From: the human T2T-CHM13v2.0 reference genome, Homo sapiens
Length of the DNA: 64,000 nt
Direction: 5' to 3' (one strand)
Assembly: GCF_009914755.1 (NCBI RefSeq)
Contig: NC_060929.1
Shown: positions 28,384-64,000 of the stretch, one piece after another
Numbering within the stretch: the first letter of the stretch is position 1
How the letters are laid out: each line of letters opens with the position of its first letter
Program-made: the position numbers and the translations under genes
Notes under the pieces: generated by a model
What the model was told of the DNA's origin: nothing
The model's database searches: none
Seen by the model: the letters and a program-made list of their open reading frames with translations, nothing else

Positions 28384-30551
28384 TCACAACACCAAGATTT
28401 TGCTGCTTAGTATCTCTCTGCAGAGGCTATAGAGAATGCAAAGGCTACGGTTTTCACCCCCTCTTATATGTGTTTGTATGTGTAAGTGTAATACATATCA
28501 ATATATATTGATACACACATCAATATATAATGCAATATATATCACCGAAGAGAACACATTGATTAAAGAAATACAAAAATTTGGCATCATTTCCAAACTT
28601 AAATAGTAAAAATAAAAACTACAAAAGGAGCTGCATACCCTAAATGTATCATGTGAAACAACAAGCATATTCAAAAATGTAAATTTACATCCAATTTCTC
28701 TGGTCTTGTCATATCACATCAGACCCATTTACAATGGCAAAACCCTAAGGTACTGCTGTGAAGAGAGCATGTTTGCTCGCTCTTGGGTGTTCTGCAAACA
28801 AATAGCAGAGCCCAAAGCAAAAAAGCCTGTTCCGGTGAAGTCTCCCACGTTGGTGAACACCAAATAATGGACTCTTCTCACAGGGGGTTGAGACATCAGG
28901 TTACACATTGACAGACAGTATTTGGACCTCAGAGTACAGTGTGAGAACCAGAAACTTTACATTTAAGACATACTCCCTTCATTCAAGTGAAACAGGATTA
29001 TTGGAACGATAGGCAGGTCTGTAACCTGGGAACAAGGAGCTGGTTCAGACCAATAAAGCTACGAGTGACTGAATCAAGTCAGTAAAGAACAGCAGTCAGG
29101 CACTAAAGTGTTAAAAGTACCCAATTTGAAAACCAAATGCACCCCACTACCCTAGTCAGTGTGGAGGTGATACCAATTGACTTTTAAAACCTTTGGTCCT
29201 TCAAAGTCCATTTGGTATACTTTTTTCCATCGCTACCACTGGGCACGTACTATACACTTTGTTCAACTGTCACCACCCTGGGCACGCCATGACCTTGCAT
29301 ATCAGCTGGGTTCAAGTCTGACTTACAGCCCAGCTGTGAAGCATCAGCTTCAGGGTTTCAGGCCAACTTTTGGATCCAACATGGTCTTAAATCCATGGTG
29401 CCAGAAGCTGTGTCCCATCCCTTCCCACCCGCCCCTAATTTCTCATGTGAGAAGTGCTTGTAAGTCCCACATTTGAAACAGATGCTCCAACCCCACCAGG
29501 AGGTCAGGAGTTTATAATTACATGCAGTCATACATGTCTGTCGTTCCTGTGAAAAACCTTGCAGTTCATTTTAATAAATCAAAACATTCACATAATCTCA
29601 TGCCATCCAACACAAGGAAAACACATCCACCTCCCTTTTAACAAGGATTGACCCAAGCAAAATAAAATCCTCTTTAAATTTCTTCGCTTCCACTTAAATT
29701 GCATGTTTTATTTCTCCCAATCCCAGCAATAGCACAGAAGCCCCATCATATCCATCCCAAACCGGTTTCGAGTAGGTTAAGGTTATAGGGACCCTTGTCA
29801 GAACATTGATACAAAGGGCTCCCAAACGCCGGGCACAAATGTGTCTGCAAACAGATGGAAGTAAACAGTGCACTGGCCCAAATGCTTCATGAGTCAGTTT
29901 GATTTTGCAATGCAATTTGCATCCTTGAAACTGCCAGTCTGGAGGGGGACGGGGTAGCGTGAGGGAGTGAAGTTGAAAGTGCCTCCTATTAGCTCACCCT
30001 TTCAACATTAAACAGAGACCAAGAGAGAAATGGTTCCAACATTTCACCACATATATTTCTTCTTACGCAGTCTAAGCTGAGAATGCCATGTAAATGGGTC
30101 ACTGCGAAATGCAGCAATTTAATTTTTCTCCAATCAAAATAAGAAACAAACCAGTATGATCTCACTTCTATTAACTTTTGAAGGTTTACAGCAGTTAAAG
30201 TATTTTTGCTTCTATGTATGAAGGTTAAAAAAATCATTTTTTTTCATAAAATACAAGAGCAACCAATTTCACCATCCAGTAAAAGTAAAAACTGGGATTC
30301 TTTTTTAAATTAGTCCAAAGTGGCGTTTAGGAACTTAGTTGTAGGCTGCTGCGCTGACACCATGACAAACCAAAGTGTAGGGCTGGGTCTGGTTTTGTTT
30401 CGGTTTTCTTTTCAATATCCAATGCTCATGGATTAAGTTCTGGAAATGTTCCAATTGTAAGGCAGGGATCTGTTTGGATTCCACCATGGGTATGCTCCTT
30501 GGGTTGGATGCTGGAGGGTGAGGCACGTTTTGCCGGACCCATGTCGACTAC
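28340..30551 (-). other. ETF1: ETF1 3' UTR (~2.2 kb, free of Alus)
   Basis: Unique, U-rich (minus strand) sequence between the stop codon and a complete poly(A) signal; end position inferred. Confidence 0.8.
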
Positions 30552-41093
<10,542 letters not shown>

Positions 41094-42069
41094 CTGTGGA
41101 AGAAAGAATAACTCATTAGGGATTTAAATATCATGTAAGTAAACTCATGTTTCTCTCTGGTAAAAGCAAGCTACAGGGAGATGCCCCAAAGTTATGGAAA
41201 CAGGTCACTCTCAAAGGAGTAATGTAGGGACTATATTAGTCTTGTTTATGAACGTATACACAGAGTTAGGAACAGTGTTCAGAATCTAGTGCTCAATTTG
41301 ATTGAATAGTGAGGTAAGTTATGTAAAGAATACACTTGGAGAGATACTTGAGAAACACCTCATTTCCTAAAGAAAGAAGCTATCTATGATAAATAAGGAG
41401 TGTCAACAGGCTGGAATTTGGTAGTGAATCTGTCCGTGGGAGAGCCTTCAAATGTGGTGGTTGAGTGGGAGACGCCATGACAGGATGATGCAATGAGTCT
41501 TTCCAAAGTCTAGGCATATTTGTAATCAAGAATTTAGTATTCTAATGATGGGAAAGGAGAACTGTGGAAGTCACAGAAATGTCCCAGTTATGAAATCTCT
41601 CTCTCTCGGCCGGGCACGATGGCTCACGCTTATAATCCCAGCACTTTGGGAGGCCGAGGCGGGCGGATCACAAGGTCAGGAGTTCGAGGCAAGCCTGGCC
41701 AACAGAGTGAAACCTCGTCTCAATTAAAAAAAAAAAAAATTCGCTGGGCATGGTGGCAAGTGCCTGTAATCCCAGCTATTCAGGTGGCTGAGGCACGAGA
41801 ATCACTTGAATCCGGGAGGCGGAGGTTGCAGTGAGCCGAGATCATGTCACTGCACTCCAGCCTGGGCGACAGAGCTAGACTTAGTCTCGAGAAAAAAAAA
41901 AAAAAATCTCTCTCTCACAAACTCATTCTCTTTAAATGGCAACATATTAATTGCATTTGAGTTTGATTAAAAGGAGGAATGACTGACAGCCTGATAAATT
42001 CTGGGTGCCCAACCAAACTCAAGTTTTTAGAACTAAAAAACGGGACCAAAATCTGACCTATGGAAGATT

Positions 42070-42580
42070 TTGGTTTTTTAACTTTTTAATAATAACAATG
42101 CTGATGTGTGTGAGATGTTGTCTCATTGCGGTTTTGATTTGGATTTCTCTGATTAATGATGTTGAGCATTTTTTTCATATGTTTATGGGGCACTTGTTAA
42201 ATGCGTATCTCAAAATGTCAGAAAGATATCAAACTAATGATCCAATATCATACTTGGAAAACCAGAAACATAAGAGCAAACTAATTCCAAACCTAGCAAA
42301 AGAAAAGAACTAAAATCAGAGCAGAACTGAACAAAATTAAGACCCCAAAATCCAGGGAAATAATCAACTTAACCAGAAGTTGGTTTTTTGAAAGCATAAA
42401 CAAGATTGATAAACCACTGTCTACATTAACAAAGAAAAAACGACAGAAGATCCAAATAAGTACAGTCAGAGATGACAAAGGTGACATTACAACTGATCTC
42501 ACAGAAGTAGAATGATTCTGAGAGACCCTTATGAACACCTCCATACACATAAACTAGAAAATCTAAAGGAAATGGGTAAA
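42070..42580. mobile_element. L1 ORF2 fragments in opposite orientations
   Basis: 42070-42190 antisense L1 3' ORF2; 42195-42580 sense mid-ORF2 (TTGGTTTTTTGAAAGCATAAACAAGATTGATAAACCACT). Confidence 0.8.
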
Positions 42581-42757
42581 TACCATCAAGGCCCTGCCAC
42601 ATGGGAGGTCCCTTCTGAGCAGTTACCAACCCATTTTTAAGCCCCCTTTAAATTTCAACACCAATGCCAGTAACATATCTTTTTTGTCTACAACTTCCAA
42701 AGACACTTATCATCACTACCAGTCAAGAAATATCTCATCGGAAAATTCCTACTTCTA

Positions 42758-42928
<171 letters not shown>

Positions 42929-43059
42929 CTAGCTATTCAGGAGGCTGAGGCAGGAATATCACTCAAGCCCAGGAGTTAGAAACTGCAGTGAGCTATGATT
43001 TGCCACTGCACTCCAGCCTGGGCAACAGTATAAGACTGTCTCAAAAAAGGAAGGAAGGA

Positions 43060-44062
<1,003 letters not shown>

Positions 44063-44269
44063 TAAAATTTTTTAGAGCATGCACTTCCCCAAAACAGTAG
44101 TTCAGTTCTCAATTTTTTGCAGATGAAAATCACCTGGGGAGTTCATTCTAGGTGATTCCTTTTCAAAAAGGATTCCTGTAAGTTTCATTTCTTTTCTCAT
44201 CCTGATTTTTCTTAGTTTAGTCACAACATGGATAAACGACTATTTAAAATATTAGATGATCTACATCAA

Positions 44270-45990
<1,721 letters not shown>

Positions 45991-46010
45991 AATGCACTTT
46001 AAAGGGGAAA

Positions 46011-53121
<7,111 letters not shown>

Positions 53122-53259
53122 TAGGGTTGAGAATCACTGCATCTGGCTTGCTTTCTTCACAGGGTCATCTCTAGGTCTGCTGAAGGTAACAAGCCTCCAC
53201 AACCTCACCTCCACCCAAAGAAGAAGAACCCAGAGCAGTTGCTTGCTGCATTTACCCTA

Positions 53260-53660
53260 TGCTATGGTTTGAAGGTGTCCCCCCAAATTCATGTGTTGGA
53301 AACTTAATCCCCACTGCAATAGTATTGAAAGGTGGGGCATATGGAATGTGTTTAGGTTATGAGGGCTCTGCCCTCATGAATAGATTCATGCTGCTATTTA
53401 AAATAAGGTGCTTATAAGACCTGAGAGCTACAGTCACACGCGCACACAAAAAAGATAAAATAAGGTGCTTATAAGTAGTGGGCCATCTCTCTTTTGTTCT
53501 CTTGCCATGAGAGGAACAGTGTTCCTCCCCAACAAAGGATGCAGCGTTCAAGGTGCCATCTTAAAAGCAGAGAGCAGGCCCTTACCAGAACACCAATCTG
53601 TGGTATTCTGTTATAGCAGCACAAAAACAAAAATCAAAAAACCCCCAAAACCTAAGACAA
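53260..53660 (+). mobile_element. MaLR (MST-type) solo LTR
   Basis: TGCTATGGTTTGAAGGTGTCCCCCCAAATTCATGTGTTGGAAACTTAATCCCC start; GTGGTATTCTGTTATAGCAGCAC near end. Confidence 0.85.
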
Positions 53661-53992
53661 CCTAGCTATAATACAACCATAATGAATTGTGACAGCTCAG
53701 AGATACTCAACTTTACCAGCCCGAACACTCACTCCCCCTCAAGTACTCTGCCATCCAAGTCATCACTTGTAAATCACGTTAACTACTTTCAGGTTAGGAC
53801 CAGGAACGTTTTAGACACTGCTTACTATACTCCCTAACCGGGATGTACAGTACATGCTCCCCAAGAAGCTTTCATCCCAGGGTTTGATGGCTGGGTTGTG
53901 CCTAGGCTATGGATGGCCAAATTTTTCACCACTTCCCTTTTCAAGCTCCCATCTGTGCCTGCCTCACAAAGCTCAATTTAAATCTCAGCCAG

Positions 53993-55980
<1,988 letters not shown>

Positions 55981-57197
55981 TTAAATTGACTAACTGTCCC
56001 CATCTTTCACTGCACCTAAAAGTTCAAACCATCATACTATATTAGGCGTTTACCTTAAGAAAACCAGCACTAAACAAAACCAACCCTTATGAAGTGTCAT
56101 TTTAATTTTGTTGATCCTCACATTAATGCCACCCCACTCCCTCTGCTACTACCATCTATGAGGCATGTTAGGAGGTGGATGGGGCTGCCTTTTATAAAAG
56201 GTTTAGTTAGACTATCAAATTAGGAGGGATGATTCTGTTACCCTTCAAAGGGACTAGGAAAGTTACCTGAAATTAGTTTATGCAATTGACCTTAGAGTCA
56301 GATGCTATTACCAAATGGGAGAAATACCAAGACCGGAACTTACTGAGACATTACAGCAACCTCCACCCTAGGGTACAGAATAACTCAGATGTCCAAACAT
56401 TTTCAGAATAAAGTTCACAAAGGTTCATTTTAGCTTTCTATCCCCCAGAGAACAAAGATTTACTCAGTCATCTAAAACAAAAATGTACACATCTGGTAGA
56501 GTGTGTACACTTTTTCTACAATGATAGGCATTATTAGTCTTAAAAAGAAAAATTAAAAGATCTTCACAAACCCAGTGGAATATTCCACCAGGAAGCAGCT
56601 TTGAAGCTGGAAAATTTCTCTAGTGTTCTTACAACAGTGCAAAGCAAGAGACTGCAATCACAACCAGTGTTCGGGATTCATTACTTCACTACTTAGATCT
56701 TTCTAATATACGAATGAGCTCCTGGGGAGGGATTTTGCAACAAGTTATTTCTCTCTCCACTGATGCTCGTCAAGAATAAACATGTTCAGTATCCAAGTTC
56801 TTCCTAGGGTGGAAATAGCATGTCTGTTTTCTTTTAAATCTTTGCACCTGAGTCTCAGCACACCTGCTCCTCCTACTAAATTACAAATCTCCATGGACAA
56901 GAGTCTTCCTTTCAGAAGGGAATGGGAGACGTCTCTATTCAGCAAAAGAAATACTTGCCAAAGGGCAAGGTAGTGTTGTACAAATTAGCACCACAGGCTT
57001 TGAAATCAGAAAAGTGAGTACAGAATCTGGCACTGACCCTTACTAAAGGCTGTGATATTAGGCAGCTATTTACTCCCTGTATGTACTTTAATTTCTTCAT
57101 CCATGAAATGGCAATAATAGCTTTCCTCACAGAGCTGTTATAAGGTTATAAGGGGGGGGGTCAAATGTATGCTTACTCATCCTCAGAAAACTAGTTT

Positions 57198-58133
<936 letters not shown>

Positions 58134-59769
58134 GACCTTAATCATCTGCTTATACTAAATCCCCTTCAACATGTACTGTGTTATTCTGTACTCACTAATA
58201 TGGAGTTGAAAATGGTTTATATTATCATTCCATGGTTGTGTGGCAGATCATGTTTTCATTTTATTACATATTTCTTCCAAAATGTCTAGTGCCCAACTCA
58301 CAGCAGATGTTTGGTGAAGCCCATTAGCTTACTGGTTAATAGTAAAAGTGCATTTCTGGCTTCATATTCATATACCCAGATGTGTATTTTGGAGGAAAAT
58401 CTAGTTTATAAGGTCACAGACACAGCAGGAAAACAAAAAGAACCTTTTATTTTGACTATGATCATTCTTCTAAAGGAGATCTTAGAAGAACAAATGAAAA
58501 TGTGAAAACAAGAGTACAAACTCAACATGCAGAGCTATCTGTATGATAAGAACCAGTTGCCAGGCACCTGAAAATGTCAAGTCCTCTGAACCTGAAAGGG
58601 TTGTGAGAAGAGTAAAGAGAGTGGGCAAGGATGTGTGTCAAATGGCATAAGATAAAACCGTATCAGAGGGAGCTTCATCATACTCTCTGAGGACAGTACC
58701 CAGTGAGAAACCTCAGACTCTCAATTTCTAACCTGCCGGGGAAAAAAAGCCTGAACCTTCCTAATTCCTTCTCCCCCTCACTAAGATAGTAGGCTGCTGA
58801 AGAATTAAAAGACACCTACAGAATGTATCCTAGGAGAAGGTTCTATTCTGAGAGCCCTAGAGAATAGGCTGGACTGAGAAGTAATTTCTACTGTCCAGCC
58901 TCTTAGTTGAACAGATCCAGCAGTGGGAAGGCAAATTTCTCCTTCCTACTCTTCAAATAGGATCGAAGACCATTTATAGCCCTGCTGCAAAGCTGACACT
59001 AACTTTTTTAACAATGAAGTACCATCCCAGGACAGGGGGTGGTGCTGTACTGGGCCGATCCTCAATCTCAAGTTCAAAGAAAACGAGCCCTGTGAAGAAA
59101 GGGTCCAACTGGTGTGGAGGATGGGAGAGACCTATAACCTACACAGCACTCTGCCTTAAATGATACTCTAATTATGTACTCTTGCTTACCTTGCAATATG
59201 TCCAGAGTAAGCCTTCCTTCCCTGGAAGCATAAGTATATCTGCTATTACAATAGGAGGTCTGTCAAGACTTGAAATTCAAAGGGAGTAATTGTTCATTAG
59301 GTTCACAGTGCATAGAACACCATGCCAGATACAACGGCTGTTAGGACTAGTTCTGAGTTGAAGCAGGCAGCCTACATACTTGGAGGAAACTAAGGACCAC
59401 CACCACATCCTTTCTAACATATATACTCTGTCCTCTTCCCTTTACTACCTCTTTTCTCTCTCATCTATTTCTCCTCTTTCTCATAGTTCAGACCTGTGGC
59501 ATCTGTATCCTGATCTTTTAATAATACAGTTCTCCATTAGGGTATCTCTACAGAATCAATGTTTGTATATACAAAAGGAAAGAGCTAACATTACAGAGCA
59601 CTCTCTATGTGGCAAATGTGGTGTTAAGTATTTTAACCCATATTATCTCAACTGTTACCACCTAATCCAAGATTAATGTCCATAGTTACACATGTGGAAA
59701 CCAAAATTTGGAAAGAGTGAGAAGTCTGTAGTTGTTTGTTCTATATTCATCTCTTCTCACAAAACTTAA

Positions 59770-60722
<953 letters not shown>

Positions 60723-63700
60723 CTCATGTGGCCTATTAATTTGTCTAACCAACAGTTTGGGGGAAGGGAGGCATGGAAAGAGCCAGAATAGAGGACAAAA
60801 AAAGTCTTCTTTATGAGCCTGAACTTTAAATGGTTCAGGTATTTGTATCAAAGACCACAATGTATCATTTTAGCTACAACCAGCCCTTCAACGATAGTGA
60901 GGGAAAAAAAAAAAGAATGTGAAATTCAGTGCTTTGAGAATATTATTTCCACCACCATTTAGGTGAATATTCTATTAACCAACAATGTTTACTTGGGGAA
61001 GGTACTCAAACACATCCAACATACCTTAATTTATTCAAAGTATATAAATTAAGCAATCTGTTCATATTAATTATCTCTAAGATTTAAAACATTAACCTAT
61101 TCAATGATCTCGCCAAAACACTGTTAAATCTATATAATGTGAGGAATTCAGTGGGGATTCTTTAAAAATGGTTATATTTGGGGGCAGGAACAACCAATTT
61201 TATTTCATTTAGAATTAAGATATCAACAAGTTATTTTTAAGTAAACAGTTTTTAAAATGTCCAAACACTACAGCAGAAGTTTGCAAGCTCACTGACCTTC
61301 AAACAAGGGTTATGGTTATGAGGGTTATCTGACCAAGTGTTCATTGGATAAGAAACACATAAGGTTTCCTAGTGAAGATAAGTGAAGACATTTTAACACC
61401 CACAGACACAACCTAACCCAAATTAACACTGTCCATTCCTTTGTCACATTCACCACTGTCCCTGGCTAGCACAGGCTCTAGTTATGATTTTATTAACATT
61501 ACCTTAAAACTATAAGGTGTCCAACATTATTTCTGAGGCCACCTCTTGCCTGCTCAGAAAACACCAAGGGAAAAAACAACCAATAATTCTCCCCCTTTTT
61601 CCAACATACGTTGACCTGTTTTAGTTCCTTATTCAAGATACCCTCAACCACAGTATTGGTTTATGTATACATTTGTCCTTCATAAGCCAACTGTGGAGCA
61701 TATACCAGGAGCAATCATGAACAGGGAAGAACTACCATCAACTTTAAGTGGGGCCTATGTCTACCAAAATAATTAACTGGTTATTTTACTAGCACACACA
61801 AACTAACATTCGACCAGGCTTATCTGAAACCAAATAAGCATGTTCTACCCAAATCAAAAATCAAGTTTATGTGTGACACTCCTTTCAACTCAGAAGATTA
61901 AGTATGATGCTGGTTACAAAACAGAATGCTATGAAGTTCCCCATTTTAGTAATGTGGCCTCTATAAATGCTCTTCTACACACGTGTAACATAAAATAGAA
62001 TCTGTTATAGCTCAGACTACATTTTAAGGAAATCTAGTTTTGTATTTTCTGAAAATAAAATATACCCATTATAGCACATTGGTTTAAGTTCTGAACTCTG
62101 CTACATTTTTGCTGTGACATCTTGGACAAATTATCTCTTAGCCTCAGGTGCCTTGTCTACCAAATGGTGGCAATACTTGTGAGGATTAAATGACTTAATA
62201 ATGTACTGTAGCACAGTCTATAATATAGTATGTGCTTAATAAATTATTTTGCCAACATACTTCCCTTTATTCAGATGTAGTTAGTGAGCCCATTTTGCAG
62301 GTGGTTCCTTTTTCAAGCTACATTAAATTTGGGTCATATATCAAGAGATAACCACATAGGATTATCTTAATTTCAAAATCACTCTTATTCTAGCATATTT
62401 TAATAACTACTGTTAAAAACAAATCCATGATTCCTATGCCTAGAATTCTACACTGCTAAGGGGAGGAAAGGGCTTTTTCATTTCCAAAACAATACTGTTA
62501 CTCAACCACTAAGTCTCACTACCTTGTCCTAATAACCATGCCTGAAAACCTCAGTTTCCTCCTGAAAACCAGAGTATCCCCAAAACATCAGCAAATACAG
62601 ATTCATTTTGCCATCCACTTAAGTCTTTAAAGCCCATTACAATTCTTCTAAAGATATTTTATCACTAGGTAAAGTAGGAATAACATTTTCCACTGTACCC
62701 TATCTATGAAAATCTAGAGTCTGACTTTAACACAAGTTGGCAATGAAAATATTCCCACCTCCAAAAACTGGTATATACTGGGGAATCTTCTGACTCCCTT
62801 ACCAATACTCAGAGATGGCCAAGATTTTAAATTTCCATGGGATCAAGATGCAACCAAATCCTGATTAAAAGCAAAGTAGGACATGATTATTAACCACAAT
62901 GTGTAGCGGAAGGTCCTCCAGCTATTTTAGACAGCTTAATCATGTCTGAAATATCCAAACTCAACAACTTGAAATACAAGTTGTGTCTTATAACTTCATT
63001 TTTAGCATGCTTTAAACTTTACTGAACTTTGCTAAACAAAGAGGTAAAGCCTTCAAAAGCCTTAAAGAGGCGCTTAAAAGTTTCTAGTGGCTAGGTAACA
63101 TGGGTAGAACAAATTTAAGAATGAGTTTCCTTCATTAAGCAGTAGAAAGGAATGCTGTTACTTATTAAGCAATGTCATCTTCAATGTTACTTCACTCAAA
63201 CAGGCAAATTATAGTCATGATTTAATTTTTTGGACTGTTTCAGAGAATATAACGTATGCAAATTAAAATGTGTGAACCTGCCTGCTACTGAAAGCAGTAA
63301 GAACAAATCCAGAGGTCACATCCACCTATATACAATACTGCAACAACAGCAATCTATAAAATGCAATACTGGATTGAAGGCTTCAAGTAACAAAACAAGA
63401 TCCTACTGAAACAAAAGAACCTGGCTAATTCTTGGTAGTGCAACATAATGGGTCGTGACCTATATTACCCTTTCTGTACAGTATTCTCACATTTTGGGAA
63501 TAACTGGTCACTCTATCATACGGCACAAGTTCCTGTAAGATCATTAAGAAGGTCTGGATATTCTATTGAATTCAAAGAAAAACCTAAGGACTAACAAGCC
63601 GCTGTCTTCGATTCATATTAAACTAACGTTTCTCCAGTAAACCGAAGGAGTGAGCACAAGCCCGTCACTGAATGGGGCCAAACTTTTAGAAGCCTCATTC

Positions 63701-64000
63701 CAAACAGAACTGTCCCTAATTTATTAAGAACAAAACACTAGTAAAACCAACCTGTGAATTGGGCCTTCAGTACAATTAAGCACATCCTGTTTCATATAAC
63801 AGTAATAATGAAGAGCTTGGAGGGGCTGTCATTCTAAAATTGCAAATCTACCCATAAATGACAATCCTGGGCTGGAAACCAGAATGTCAAATTCTTGTGC
63901 TGAAATCAACTTTTCACATGGCCTGAGGCAGGCCATTCTACTATTCTAAGAATGCTCAGACATACAAGTATGTAATAATGTTCCAAACACTTTTTTTTGG

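Noticed and set aside
58690-59200. Isolated strong minus-strand splice-like sites (acceptor near 58732, donor near 59189)
   Set aside because: Donor lies upstream of the acceptor in transcript order and no well-paired exon could be defined; such sites are common in long introns.

Overview
Alu-dense primate (almost certainly human) genomic DNA. The only protein-coding gene supported is ETF1 (eukaryotic release factor 1, eRF1) on the minus strand. Nine coding exons (41093 down to the TAG stop at 30552-30554) were traced by hand with GT-AG boundaries and consistent phases, followed by a ~2.2 kb 3' UTR ending near an ATTAAA at 28357-28362. The first 28 codons and the promoter lie beyond the right edge. 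From recalled gene order (not visible here) this is 5q31.2 with EGR1 just left of the window. The left 28 kb is intergenic: Alus, old L1/L2/MIR, MER6, a MER21-like LTR, and an orphan CpG island (~13950-14850) carrying three tandem CArG-like+ETS (serum response element) units. Nearly all ORF-track entries are Alu/L1 or GC-rich artefacts. Best leads: the triple-SRE island, two candidate stop-containing (poison) exons inside ETF1, an ~85 bp Alu-flank segment copied in inverted orientation 56 kb away, a fold-back hairpin scar in an L1, and a degenerate CTCAGAACCA array. No clearly new biological system is demonstrable from sequence alone. Repeat family names are by-eye calls and repeat boundaries are approximate.
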